A stretch of DNA of 64,000 nucleotides, from positions 7,356,304-7,420,303 of the forward strand of contig NC_090418.1 of NCBI RefSeq assembly GCF_036365525.1. Direction: 5' to 3'. Position 1 is the stretch's first letter. Each line of letters starts with the position of its first letter. The notes beneath the pieces are model-generated. The model had not been told where the DNA came from, ran no database searches, and saw nothing but the letters and a program-made list of their open reading frames with translations. Shown here piece by piece: positions 25,885 through 37,629 of the stretch. A program made the position numbers and the translations under genes. The stretch comes from Heterodontus francisci (lineage: Eukaryota).

Positions 25885-26270
25885 AAGAGTTTGAGGGGGA
25901 ATTTGATAGAGGTGTACCAGATTATGACAGGCTTGGATAAGTTAGACAAGGAAAAACTGCACCCATTAACTAATGGTACAAGGGCGAGGGGACATAGATT
26001 GAAAGTTTTGGGCAAAAGATGTAGGGGGGAATGTGAGGAAGCACTTTCTTACACAGTGGGTGGTAATGACCTGGAACTCACTGCCCATGAGGATGGTGAA
26101 AGCGGAGATGATCAATGACTTCAAGAGGAAGTTGAATGACCACCTGAGAGAAATAGACTTGCAGAGCTACGGAGATCAAGTGCAGGAGTGGGATTGACTG
26201 CACAGCGCCGTGGAGAGCCGGCAGGGACTCGATGGGCCGAACGGCCTCCTTCTGTGTCGTAATTGACTCC
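25885..26270 (+). mobile_element. CR1 3' fragment
   Basis: LRGNLIEVYQIMTGLD..RGHRLKV; another CR1 3' end at 25525-25730. Confidence 0.85.
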
Positions 26271-27857
26271 ATAACTTTGTAAACGTGAGCTCATACAAAC
26301 CCCTGCTGCCCCATGTGCTAACCCTCACCAAGTTCCGTTCACCCTGTGCTCGCCGACCCACGTTGGCTCCCGGTTAAGCAACACCTCCATTTTCTCATCC
26401 TGGTTTTCAAATCCCTCTTGGTCTTGGCCCCTCCCCATCTCTGCAACCCTCCTCCAGCCCCACAAACCTCCTCCAATTCTGGCCTCTTGAGCATCCCCCC
26501 GATTTCCATCGCTCCACCATTGGTGGCTGTGCCTTCAGCTGCCTGGGGCCCCAAGCTCTGGAATTCCCTCCCTAAACCTCTCCGCCCCTCTCCCCTCCTC
26601 CTTTAAGGCGCTCCTTAAAATCACTTTGAATCAAGCTTTTAGTCGCCTGTCCTAATGTCCCCTCATGTGACTTGGCGTCAAATTTTGTTTTATAACAGCA
26701 CCGTGAAGCTATGTCCAAAGGTTCTATATAAATGCAAGTTGTCATCAAAAGTTGCTCTAACTCCCTGAGATCAGCAGTTCCCAGTGTGGGGTAAGTTAGA
26801 GTCATGGAGTCAGTATGGCACACTTAGAGGCCATTCAGCCCATGCATGCCAGCTCTCTGTAGAGCAATCCAATCAGTCCCATTCCCCCCGCTCTATCCCC
26901 TTAGCCCTGCACGTTTATTTCCCTCACGTGCCCATCCAATTTCCTTTTGAAATCATCAATCGCCTCCGCTTCCACCACCCTCGTAGGCAGCGAGTTCCAG
27001 GTCATTACCACTCACTGTGTAAAAAAGTTCTTCCTCACATCCCCCCCTCATCTCTTGCCCAAAACCTTAAATCTGTGTCCCCTGGTCCTTGCACCATTAA
27101 GTATTGGGAACAGCTTTTCTTTACCAACCATTCTAACTTGTTGGTTTCTGGATTCTCAGTAAGTTGCAGTACTCATTACACACAAGCAGTGATAGTGGTG
27201 TAGTACTAATATCACTGAGTTCATAACCTTAAGGCCCAGGCTTGGGACCTGGGTTCAAATCCCACCATGGTTGAAAGTGGAGTTTAAATTCATCTTTTTG
27301 ATTAAAAATCTGGAATTAAAAGCAAGTCTCAGTACTGGTGCCACAAAACTGTCATAAAAACCCATCTGGTTCACTAATGTCCTTAAGGGAAGGAAATCTG
27401 CTGTCCTGACCTGGTCTGGCCTACATGTGACTCCAGATCCTCAGCGATATGGTTGACTCTTAACTGCCCCCTGAAATGCCCCTAGCAAGCCACTCAGTTG
27501 CCAAGGGCAATTAGGGGTGGGCAACAAATGCTGGCCTCGCCAGTGACGCCCACATCCCAAGGATGAATCGAAAAGATCTGAGAGCACCAGAGGAAGGGTG
27601 TTTTTATCTGGCCTTCTTTCACTCATGCTTGCCCTTATCTATTCGACCCCCAAGGCTCAGCTGAAGAAAACACCACTTATGTACAACATAACCTGGCAGA
27701 TCAGGCCTTATTTTGTGGTAATCTGGCATGATATGGCAAAAGGGAGAGGGGGAGGGGGAAGAAAGGGGGAGGGGCAGTGTCCACTTTCCCCCCCACTCCC
27801 CCCGTCAGGCAAAACCTGCGCGATAACGTGTTCTGTGCCAAGTGAATAAGTGTGAAA

Positions 27858-27863
27858 TTTATT
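27858..27863 (-). terminator. Candidate polyadenylation signal of gene 1
   Basis: AATAAA on the minus strand about 690 nt downstream of the stop at 28552. Confidence 0.35.
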
Positions 27864-28551
27864 TTTCAGGATTTCTTGTGTGCCGGGGCTGCTCCCACAT
27901 GGAAGCCTGGAGATTAGCTAACGCTCTGAGATATCCTCGCCCAATTAACTTCAACAAAAAAAAAAATTGCCTGTGCACATAGCGCAACGGGGAGGCTTCG
28001 CTTGGTGCTTGGGTTGTCAACTCGGTCGGGAAGCCTGGCTGTCGCGCCCTGCGTGGCTGTTGTCATATAGTCTGCACTGATATTCTTGTGGAGGAAGTCT
28101 GAGATGGTAAAAGCTCTGGCTTTCTGGGCACCACGTTAAACCGAGACACTGAGCCCATCCGTTATCTATTTGGGGACTGTTTGGAAGAGAATCACGGAAA
28201 CACAGAACGTTTAGAGCGGAGCAGGAGGCCATTCGGCCCATCGTGTCCTTACTGGCTGTCTGCAAAGAACAACTCAGCTAGTCCCGCTCCCCCAGTTTTT
28301 CCCTGAAGCCCTGCAGCTGTTTCCTCTTCAGATAATTAGCCGATTCCCAGCGGCGGAGATGCCCCACTATCCCTGCTGATGTTCCTCGTTTCCGAACAAC
28401 GCCGCCAAAAGAAAATTATCCGGTCCATTTTAATCCCAATTTTCTGCTTGGTGGGGTCTTGCTGTATGCAAAATTGGCTGCCTGTGTTTGGCAGGGTGAC
28501 GTTCTTCATTGCAAAGCGTTTCAAAATGAATTGAGGCTGCATTGAACAAAC

Positions 28552-28911
28552 TCAGGGTGTTTGTCTTTCTTTGCAGTTGGCACTGGAAACTATTTCCCCA
28601 CCTTTTCCTTGCTCGGAACTTTCAGATTGGGCACGGTCCTTAATGTCATCCAGCGGGAGGCTCGCTCCTAAAAACTGGAGCCGAACTTCAGTTTGTTCCT
28701 CCTTTTGTTTCCCGAAGCGAATTTGCGTGTACAAACTTTGATCGCACTCTGATTCGAGGCAAGAGATTTCTGAGTAGACCTGACTTCTGCATTCTGCTGG
28801 GGGTTGAGCTGGCGCCAGTCTCTCCACTGGCACTGTGATCTCATTGTACAACACCATACCTGACCACATCGCCTCCTCGTTGGCGGCTTGGCATCTGTTC
28901 ACCCTGAGGAA
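28552..28911 (-). CDS. Gene 1 (CD28-family-like receptor) last exon: cytoplasmic tail with VLYNEI, QVYSEI, SLYTQI
   Basis: Phase-0 acceptor ...TTTAAC...CTCAG|TTC CTC AGG GTG; open 119 codons to TGA; three YxxI motifs. Confidence 0.75.
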   Translation of the reverse strand, partial: FLRVNRCQAANEEAMWSGMVLYNEITVPVERLAPAQPPAECRSQVYSEISCLESECDQSLYTQIRFGKQKEEQTEVRLQFLGASLPLDDIKDRAQSESSEQGKGGEIVSSANCKERQTP

Positions 28912-29199
28912 CTGAGCAGATCACGCAGATGTTAAATGGTCAATCGCGCCCCGAGGTCTGAGCGGGGTAGTCCAATCACGCAGCAGGAGAGCGCTAACAC
29001 TTGGCATTGGCACAAAGAATTGGCTGGTGAGCAAATCACTGCCAGTTTTGAGGCATTGGAAATGTCCATGAACAGGATGGCACAACACCCAATGTGTTAA
29101 TTCAAACCGTCACCTACCCGCTGATATAATAGATTGATGGGGCACCTACCTTGAGTTGTTACAGTCCCTCTGTCCCTTTCTCTCTGTCTGCCTACCTAT

Positions 29200-29580
29200 A
29201 CCTGTCCTGGGAGTGTTTACTCTGTATCTAACCCCCTTTTTTTTCCTTTTTTTTTGCTGCAATCAACACTCAGCACCTCCAATCAAGCAGCAGCTAACCC
29301 CATGCTGTACCTACCCTGGGAGTGTAGAGGGAGCTTTACTCTGTATCTAACCCTGTTTTTTTTTCTACAGAAATAAACAAAACTCAAATTAAAATGCCAT
29401 TCTCGGCGTAGACAATGCACTCCAGTTCCTGCGGTGCCCACCGGTCACGGAAGGCCTCAAGTGTACCGGCTGACACCGCATGCTCCTTCTCCAGGGACGC
29501 CCGGGCGCGAACGTAACCGCTGAAGAGGGGAGTATCTAACCCTGTGCTGTACCTGCCCTGGGAGTGTTTGATGGTGACGG
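29200..29580. repeat. Degenerate units of 70-bp satellite (ACTCTGTATCTAACCC...) containing retroinsertions
   Basis: Same unit as 30886-31157 and 61285-61545. Confidence 0.8.
29356..29531 (-). mobile_element. Tx1-clade LINE 3' end with 13-bp TSD
   Basis: Translates PLFSGYVRARASLEKEHAVSAGTLEAFRDRWAPQELECIVYAENGILI*; poly(A) tail; flanked by GTATCTAACCCTG at 29343-29355 and 29532-29544. Confidence 0.75.
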
Positions 29581-29697
29581 TGAAAATTGGGCCAGAACGT
29601 GGGGGTGAGATTGATCAGAACTGGACACGTTTCTCAAGGCAAAAAAGCCCTTCATTTGTTCCTGAATCATCCTCTGTAAGTTATAAGACACACTTGC

Positions 29698-29762
29698 CTT
29701 GTCCGATGGTAGGGCATAATCCTCGGCTTCTCGTCCAGCTTCCTGTGATTCTGCTCTGAATA
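29698..29762 (-). CDS. Gene 1 cytoplasmic exon (V)FRAESQEAGREAEDYALPSDK
   Basis: Acceptor TTTCTTGCAG| (phase 1); donor AAG|GCAAGT (GC-AG, phase 0), in frame with the last exon. Confidence 0.6.
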
Positions 29763-30735
29763 CTGCAAGAAATGCCCAAACGTCAGATAAAGAGGAATGA
29801 ACAGAAGGGAGCAGGAAACAGCCCTGAAAACAAAAGTCCCGCACGAATTGAACCTCTCCCAAATCTTCCCAAACTCAGTGAAAGGCTGGAAAGAAGGGGA
29901 GGCAATAAATCAGAAAGCATAGCCTTGGCGATAATGGAACAAGAGGAGGCCATTCAGCCCTTGAAACCTGTTCTATCATTCAATTAGATCACAGCTGATC
30001 TGTAGATGCCTTAAAAAGCCCAGTTACGAGGAAGTGCAGACAGTGACCATTGAAATGTTGAGATGGACAAGTATTTGCCAGAGCACAGATCTGCACTGTT
30101 GCATTGCTGAGATGCCAGTCCCCTGGGGTCTGGGGTCAAAATTAGCGACAACGCTTGGCGTGAGGTCAGGACCTGGCTGAAGCACGGCAGAACGTTAGCT
30201 GTATCATGAGGGGGGGGTAGCTCTCGTGCCCCTCCAAGTCAGAATGTTGAGGTGTGCCGTCCCAGTTGGTGGGGGGGCTCACGATCACAATCTCGGCTGA
30301 TAGGCCAGTGCAGTGCCATACTGCCGGAGGTGCCGTCTTTCGGGTGAGACGTTAAATCGAACCCTCTGGGATGGAGGTCAAAGACCTCATGGCTGCTGCT
30401 TCAAAGCAAACTGGGGGCTGTTCTCCCCGATGCCCGGGCCAACGTTCCAACCGGTACCCCCAAAAGCAGATTGGCTGATCACTGACTCTTTGTGGGATCT
30501 TGCTGTGCTGATTCTTTGCAGCAGGAAGACACGCATCAGATTGGGCAGAGAACGGGTCCAAGCTGAGATCTCCAGCTGAAAACTTTGGACCAATCGTGTG
30601 AAACGGAAGTTTTTGAGCTGGCCACCCATGATACATCACACCCGATTTTCCCACGTGGCACTGCCCCATGGGACACCCAAAGTCAAAACAGAGCCCAAGT
30701 ACACAGAACCGCCAGGACACACAGGCTGGACTCAC

Positions 30736-30810
30736 CAATGATCGATCTCGCCAACCACTGCCCCATCAGGGAGCAATGCAGTATTCTCAATCTGCCCCCG
30801 CCCAGGACGG
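30736..30810 (-). CDS. Gene 1 optional cytoplasmic exon AVLGGGRLRILHCSLMGQWLARSII
   Basis: Strong donor TTG|GTGAGT; phase 1-1; two in-frame acceptors (30810 or 30849). Confidence 0.4.
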
Positions 30811-30885
30811 CTATTGTGGAACATGAGAAATGCCACAGGGTGTGATCTTCTAGGGTTGGAAAAGAGCCACATAACCGGGCATTAA

Positions 30886-31157
30886 CTCTGTGTCTAACCC
30901 TGTCCTGTATCTGTCCTGGGAGTGTTTGATGGGGGACAGTGTAGAGGGAGCTTTACTCTGTATCTAACCCCGTGCTGTACCTGTCCTGGGAGTGTTTGAT
31001 GGGGGACAGTGTAGAGGGAGCTTTACTCTGTATCTAACCCCGTGCTGTACCTGTCCTGGGAGTGTTTGATGGGGGACAGTGTAGAGGGAGCTTTACTCTG
31101 TATCTAACCCCGTGCTGTACCTGTCCTGAGAGTGTCTGATGGGGACAGTGTAGAGAA
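30886..31157. repeat. 70-bp tandem satellite, about 4 copies
   Basis: TTTACTCTG recurs at 30952, 31022 and 31092. Confidence 0.92.
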
Positions 31158-31368
31158 TTACGTTATCTCATCAATGGACAGTCTCAGGAGCTAGAACTTT
31201 TTTTTCTCATTTCTTTCCCATGGGTCCTGAGGTCAATTGCCAAACAATGGCTGAAGTGAGAGAAATCGACTGAGCCCAGACCAGGAATGGGCAGTGCACA
31301 TTCACATTCTCCTTTGTGTCTTTATAATGTGACACTTGTACAATCATTTATTAACAGGTTATACGCAC

Positions 31369-31491
31369 CAGTCAGTCTGCTGCCTTTAACCAGGAGGCAT
31401 ATTATACACAACACGCACAGGAGGATCCCAGGGACCAACAGAGCCGGCAGCGGCCAATACAGATTCCTATAAAGATCAGGTGATCTTTCAT
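31369..31491 (-). CDS. Gene 1 transmembrane exon DERSPDLYRNLYWPLPALLVPGILLCVLCIICLLVKGSRLT
   Basis: Acceptor CTCTTTTTCAG|, donor CTG|GTGCGT, 123 nt, phase 1-1; uncharged hydrophobic segment. Confidence 0.85.
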
Positions 31492-31624
31492 CTGAAAAAG
31501 AGGAAGAATCATTACGTCAAATTCACTTCACTGAGAAATGTTTCACTGTCCCTTGTGCTTCAACCACCGTCCTGAATTGTCTAATCCAACTGGAATTTTC
31601 AATCTGTAGATCATGCCCACGGCT

Positions 31625-33987
31625 GTTACAAAAATTTCTAAATTCACTTGTAACAGCCCTTCAAAACACTCCCACAGGGGATGCTGAGACCAAGTGGGCC
31701 CACATCAGAGACGCCATCTATGACTCAGCAATGACCACCTATGGCAAACGTGCGAAGAGAAATGCAGACTGGTTTCAATCTCATAATGAAGAGCTGGAAC
31801 CTGTCATAGCTGCTAAGCGCATTGCACTGTTGAACTACAAGAAAGCCCCCAGCGATTTAACATCCGCAGCACTTAAAGCAGCCAGAAGTACTGCACAAAG
31901 AACAGCTAGGCGTTGCGCAAACGACTACTGGCAACACCTATGCAGTCATATTCAGCTGGCCTCAGACACCGGAAACATCAGAGGAATGTATGATGGCATG
32001 AAGAGAGCTCTTGGACCAACCATCAAGAAGATCGCACCCCTCAAATCTAAATCGGGGGACATAATCACTGACCAACGCAAACAAATGGACCGCTGGGTTG
32101 AGCACTACCTAGAACTGTACTCCAGGGAGAATGCTGTCACTGAGACTGCCCTCAATGCAGCCCAGCCTCTACCAGTCATGGATGAGCTGGACGTACAGCC
32201 AACCAAATCGGAACTCAGTGATGCCATTGATTCTCTAGCCAGCGGAAAAGCCCCTGGGAAGGACAGCATTACCCCTGAAATAATCAAGAGTGCCAAGCCT
32301 GCTATACTCTCAGCACTACATGAACTGCTATGCCTGTGCTGGGACGAGGGAGCAGTACCCCAGGACATGCGCGATGCCAATATCATCACCCTCTATAAAA
32401 ACAAAGGTGACCGCGGTGACTGCAACAACTACCGTGGAATCTCCCTGCTCAGCATAGTGGGGAAAGTCTTTGCTCGAGTCGCTCTGAACAGGCTCCAGAA
32501 GCTGGCCGAGCGCGTCTACCCTGAGGCACAGTGTGGCTTTCGTGCAGAGAGATCGACCATTGACATGCTGTTCTCCCTTCGTCAGATACAGGAGAAATGC
32601 CGTGAACAACAGATGCCCCTCTACATTGCTTTCATTGATCTCACCAAAGCCTTTGACCTCGTCAGCAGACGTGGTCTCTTCAGACTACTAGAAAAGATTG
32701 GATGTCCACCAAAGCTACTAAGTATCATCACCTCATTCCATGACAATATGAAAGGCACAATTCAACATGGTGGCTCCTCATCAGAGCCCTTTCCTATCCT
32801 GAGTGGTGTGAAACAGGGCTGTGTTCTCGCACCCACACTTTTTGGGATTTTCTTCTCCCTGCTGCTTTCACATGCGTTCAAATCCTCTGAAGAAGGAATT
32901 TTCCTCCACACAAGATCAGGGGGCAGGTTGTTCAACCTTGCCCGTCTAAGAGCGAAGTCCAAAGTACGGAAAGTACGGAACTCCTCTTTGCTGACGATGC
33001 TGCTTTAACATCTCACACTGAAGAGTGCCTGCAGAGTCTCATCGGCAGGTTTGCGGCTGCCTGCAATGAATTTGGCCTAACCATCAGCCTCAAGAAAACG
33101 AACATCATGGGGCAGGACGTCAGAAATGCTCCATCCATCAATATTGGCGACCACACTCTGGAAGTGGTTCAAGAGTTCACCTACCTAGGCTCAACTATCA
33201 CCAGTAACCTGTCTCTAGATGCAGAAATCAACAAGCGCATGGGTAAGGCTTCCACTGCTATGTCCAGACTGGCCAAGAGAGTGTGGGAAAATGGCGCACT
33301 GACACGGAACACAAAAGTCCGAGTGTATCAGGCCTGTGTCCTCAGTACCTTGCTCTACGGCAGCAAGGCCTGGACAACGTATGCCAGCCAAGAGCGACGT
33401 CTCAATTCATTCCATCTTCGCTGCCTCCGGAGAATACTTGGCATCAGGTGGCAGGACTATATCTCCAACACAGAAGTCCTTGAAGCGGCCAACACCCCCA
33501 GCTTATACACACTACTGAGTCAGCGGCGCTTGAGATGGCTAGGCCATGTGAGCCGCATGGAAGATGGCAGGATCCCCAAAGACACATTGTACAGCGAGCT
33601 CGCCACTGGTATCAGACCCACCGGCCGTCCATGTCTCCGTTATAAAGACGTCTGCAAACGCGACATGAAATCGTGTGACATTGATCACAAGTCGTGGGAG
33701 TCAGTTGCCAGCATTTGCCAGAGCTGGCGGGCATCCATAAAGACAGGGCTAAATTGTGGCGAGTCGAAGAGACTTAGTAGTTGGCAGGAAAAAAGACAGA
33801 GGCGCAAGGGGAGAGCCAACTGTGCAACAGCCCCGACAAACAAATTTCTCTGCAGCACCTGTGGAAGAGCCTGTCACTCCAGAATTGGCCTTTATAGCCA
33901 CTCCAGGCGCTGCTTCACAAACCAGTGACCACCTCCAGGCGCGTATCCATTGTCTCTCGAGATAAGGAGGCCCAAAAGAAAAGAAGA
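31625..33987 (+). mobile_element. 5'-truncated RTE-clade LINE in intron 2 of gene 1 (antisense)
   Basis: NYRGISLLS, QCGFRAERS, FIDLTKAFD, GVKQGCVLAP, LLFADD, C-terminal CxxC..HxxxC finger; one evident frameshift near 32970; (AAAG)-rich tail. Confidence 0.93.
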
Positions 33988-34734
33988 GATCATGTTGAAG
34001 GACGAGGGGGGAAAGGAAAGCCTGTCACACTTCCTGTTTGTGCCACATCCCCTCAAGTCCCCCCCCCCCCCCCCCCCCACCGTCCTCCATCATGGCCTTC
34101 AGCTGTGGCCCAGTGGATAGCTCGCCAAACTCGAACGCAAAATCCAGTCTGACGCTCCCAGTGCAGTACCGAGGGAGTGCTGCACTGTCAGCCGTGCTGT
34201 CTTTCAGAACAGACTTTAAACGAGGCTCTCCCTGGTGTCCTAGGCTGACACCTCTCCCTCAACCAACATCAGTGCAAACATGTCGCCTGGTCATTTACCT
34301 CACTGCTGTTTGTGGGATCTTGCTGTGCGAGCATTGGCTGCTGTATCTACTACAGTTCAAATGAAGAGTTTTCATTGGCTGTACAGGGGCTATGGGACAT
34401 CGCGAGGTGGTAAATGATGCTTTATTGACTCACGGAATGGTTACCACTCAGAGGGCGGCCTGTCAGGGCTGTGCTGGCTCTCTGTAAGAGCAACTCAGCT
34501 AAATTGAATTGCATAGCGCAGAAGGAGGCCATTTGGCCCCTCTTTCCCCATATCCCTCCCCTTCAAGCATTTACCCATTTCCCCCTTGACAGCCGCAACT
34601 GAATCCTTTCCCTCCGCCCTATCAGGCAGTGCCTTCCAAATCCAGACCGCTCAGCCTCCTTCCAGATTCCCTTCTGTCCTGTCTTTCTTCCCCAACTCTT
34701 GTTTGTTTATAAAATTACGGAGCAGCAGGATTAC

Positions 34735-35100
34735 CTGGTGTGACGATCATAAGGATTGTTCCATTACCCTTTCCGTGTTTGATTGGAGTTGGTCTTTCTA
34801 CCTGCAGGTGACAGTAATAAGTCCCATTGTCCCCTAGCTGAATACTCCTGATGTGTAACGTAGAGTGTTGAGATTCCCAATTGACACGGATGCTAAATCT
34901 GCCATCTGCACCATCTGAATTATAATGTTTTGAATTGTTGATGCTACGGGTACAGAGTGTGGCATTTCCCTTTACCCATTCGAGGAAAGCATCTGTTATG
35001 TTGCCTGAGGCATTGAAACTACAGGTTGCAGTCACATTTTCCCCGAGCCTGACGTTGAGATATGAGGGTGATTGTGAAACCAAGATTTTCATCTGTGCAC
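34735..35100 (-). CDS. Gene 1 Ig V-set exon (CD28/TMIGD2/NKp30-like, germline VJ-type)
   Basis: Acceptor GCTTTTCAG|, donor CAG|GTAATC, 366 nt, phase 1-1; VSQSP, B-strand Cys, LEW, RF, DNGTYYC, VERPTP loop, GKGNGT G-strand; 7 N-glycosylation sequons. Confidence 0.92.
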
Positions 35101-35129
35101 CTGAAAAGCAAATCCAAAATTTACGGCAC

Positions 35130-35600
35130 AGAAGGAGACCAATCTGCCCTTCAATCAACGAAAAGAGCCGTCCGGCCTATTCCCACTTACCAGCTCTCGG
35201 TCCGTAGCCTTGTAGCTTACTGCATTCTAAGTATTGTTTAAGTGCGATGAGGGTTTCTGCCTCTACCATCCTCTCAGGCAATGAATTTCAGATCTCCACC
35301 ACCCTCAAAAGTTTCCCCTCAATTTCCCTCTAAATTCTCTCCCAATTACATTGAATCGATGCCCTCTGGTTTATTTGACCTCACGACTAAGGGAAATGGA
35401 TCTTTCCGATCCACTCTCTCTCGGCCCCTCATAATTTAATACACCTCAATTAAATCTCCCCTCAGCCTCCTCCATGCTAAAGAAAACAACTCCAGCCTAT
35501 CCAATCTTTCCTCGTGACTAAAATTCTCCAGTCCTGATAACATCCTGATAAAGTTCCTCTGTACCCTCTCCAGTGCAATCACAACCTTCCTGTAATGCCA
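35130..35600 (-). mobile_element. Degraded CR1 3' fragment
   Basis: Similar to 3835-4400. Confidence 0.75.
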
Positions 35601-36084
35601 GCTGGTGAGATTGTTGCCGATTCCGATCTCACGCTGTTGAGAACAGTGGATAGATTTTCAACCTGGCACCTGGGGCATCGAAACTGCCTTGTGCATGAGC
35701 AGCTAGTTGTGGGAAAGGTCAAGGGTGATAGAGTACAAACAGGAAGAAGCAATCCTCTACGCAGAGAGCCTTGGTCAGACCCCATCTCGACTAACTACAT
35801 CCAGTTCTGAGCTCTGCACTTGGATGTTGTAATCAGCAAAAGCCTTGTAGAAAGCTGCCCACAAACATCTAGTGATCTCTGCAGTGTGGTTTTCCCCTTT
35901 ACCAATGGCGCTTTAAGTCTGGCGCCAAGTCAGGAGACTGCGTTGGCGTGCAGCAGCAGTGCTGCCAGCAAGCAGGGTAAGCCACACAAATGCCAGGCAG
36001 CGACCATCTCCAACAAACGAGACTTGAACCATCTCCCCTTGACATTCAATGGCATTACCATCACTGAATTGCCCACGATCATTA

Positions 36085-36820
36085 TAAAATTAAGGACACA
36101 ATTCTAAAGGGGGTGCAGGAGCAGAGGGACCTGGGTTTATATGTGAATAAGTCATTGAAGGTGGCAGGACAGGTTGAGAGAGCGGTTAATAAATCATACA
36201 GTATCCTGGGCTTTATTAATAGGGGCACAGAGTACAAGAGCAAGGAAGTTACGTTGAACTTGTATAAGACACTAGTTTGGCCTCAGCTGGAGTATTGCAT
36301 CCATTTCTGGGCGCCGTTCTTTAGGAAAGACGTGAGGGCATTGGAGAAGCTACAGAAAATATTCATGAGAATGGTTCCAGGGATGAAGAATTTCAGTTAT
36401 GAAGATAGATTGGAGAAGTTAGGACTGTTTTCCTTGGAGAAGAGAAGGCTGAGAGGTGATTTGATCGAGATATTCAAATCATGAGGGGTCTGGACAGAGT
36501 AGATAGGGAGAAACTGTTACCACCCGTGAAAGGATTGAGAACGATGGGGCACAGATTTAAAGTAATGGGTAAGAGAAGCAAAAGTGACATGAGGAAAAAC
36601 TTTTTCACACAGCAAGTGGTTAAGGTGTGGAAAGCGTTGTCTGAGAGTGCGGTGGAGGCAGGTTCAACTGAAGCATTTAAAAGGGAATTAGACTGTTTCC
36701 TGGAAAGGAAGAATGTGCAGGGTTACGGGGAAAAGGCACTAGGCGAATTGTTCATTTGGGGAGCCGGTGCAGATACGATGGGCTGAATGGCATCCTTATG
36801 CACTGAAACAATTCTGTGAT
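36085..36820 (+). mobile_element. CR1 3' fragment nested in an older LINE fragment (35985-36080 and 36820-37110)
   Basis: QEQRDLG..PQLEYC..; host LINE reads KCQAATISNKR ... AGQRLGILRR..YKAQARSVMEYS. Confidence 0.85.
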
Positions 36821-37629
36821 CAACATCCATTGACCAGAAAATTAACAGGACCAGCCATGTAAATACAGTGGCTACGAGAGCAGGTCAGAGGCTTGGAATC
36901 CTGCGGCGTGTAACCCACCTCCTGACTCCCCAAAGCCTGTCCACCATCTACAAGGCACAAGCCAGGAGTGTGATGGAATACTCTCCACTTGCCTGGATGG
37001 GTGCAGCTCCAACAACACTCAAGATGCTTGACACGTCCAGGACAAAGCAGCCTGCTTGATTGACACCCCACCCACCACCTTAAACATTCACGCCCTCCAC
37101 CACTGGCACACAGCGTGCTCGCTGGCCTACATTGGCTCCCGGTAAAGCAACAGCACACGGGGGATCTGCTCCAACATAGGTAAAATACTGGCGCTGTTAC
37201 AAAATAGCCCAAAGAGGGGTGTTAATTGTACATATTCGCTGCCCCCGTCGAGGGTTGACCCTCATCCCAACTCCCTCCAACCCCAGGAAAGTCCCCGAGA
37301 GGTGCGAACGAGTCAGGGAGCTGTCCCAAGGCAGCTTCCCCACCACCCCCCACCTTATTTTCCCCACTCCGCTGCCAGGAAAAGACAGCCCCTTGTGTTT
37401 CAGGAATATTTCAAACCCCAAACGATCCCCGACATCCTCAAACTTCAACAGAACAACTGAGGCAGCTTTCAACAACGCCTGTGACACCCTGGTTAGAAAG
37501 GAAATGCTTTGTAGACAAATACTGCTTGAAGCATAGTCACTGTTGCAACGTAGGAAACACTGGCAGCCACTTTGTGCATCGCAAGATCCCATAATCAGCA
37601 ACATGGTAACAGCCAGGTAATCTCTTCTT

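Noticed and set aside
29698-29823. Alternative TM-like reading AVSCSLLFIPLYLTFGHFL
   Set aside because: Needs a phase-2 upstream exon that cannot be joined to the V exon; a better TM exon exists at 31369-31491
34735-35100. Rearranging TCR/Ig V segment
   Set aside because: The J-like strand is in the same exon, I saw no flanking RSS or C1 exon, and it splices directly to a TM exon
31369-35100. Assigning NCR3 (NKp30), CD28, CTLA4, TMIGD2 or PDCD1 as gene symbol
   Set aside because: No TM Arg, no MYPPPY or YMNM, and no exact ITSM; orthology needs phylogeny and synteny
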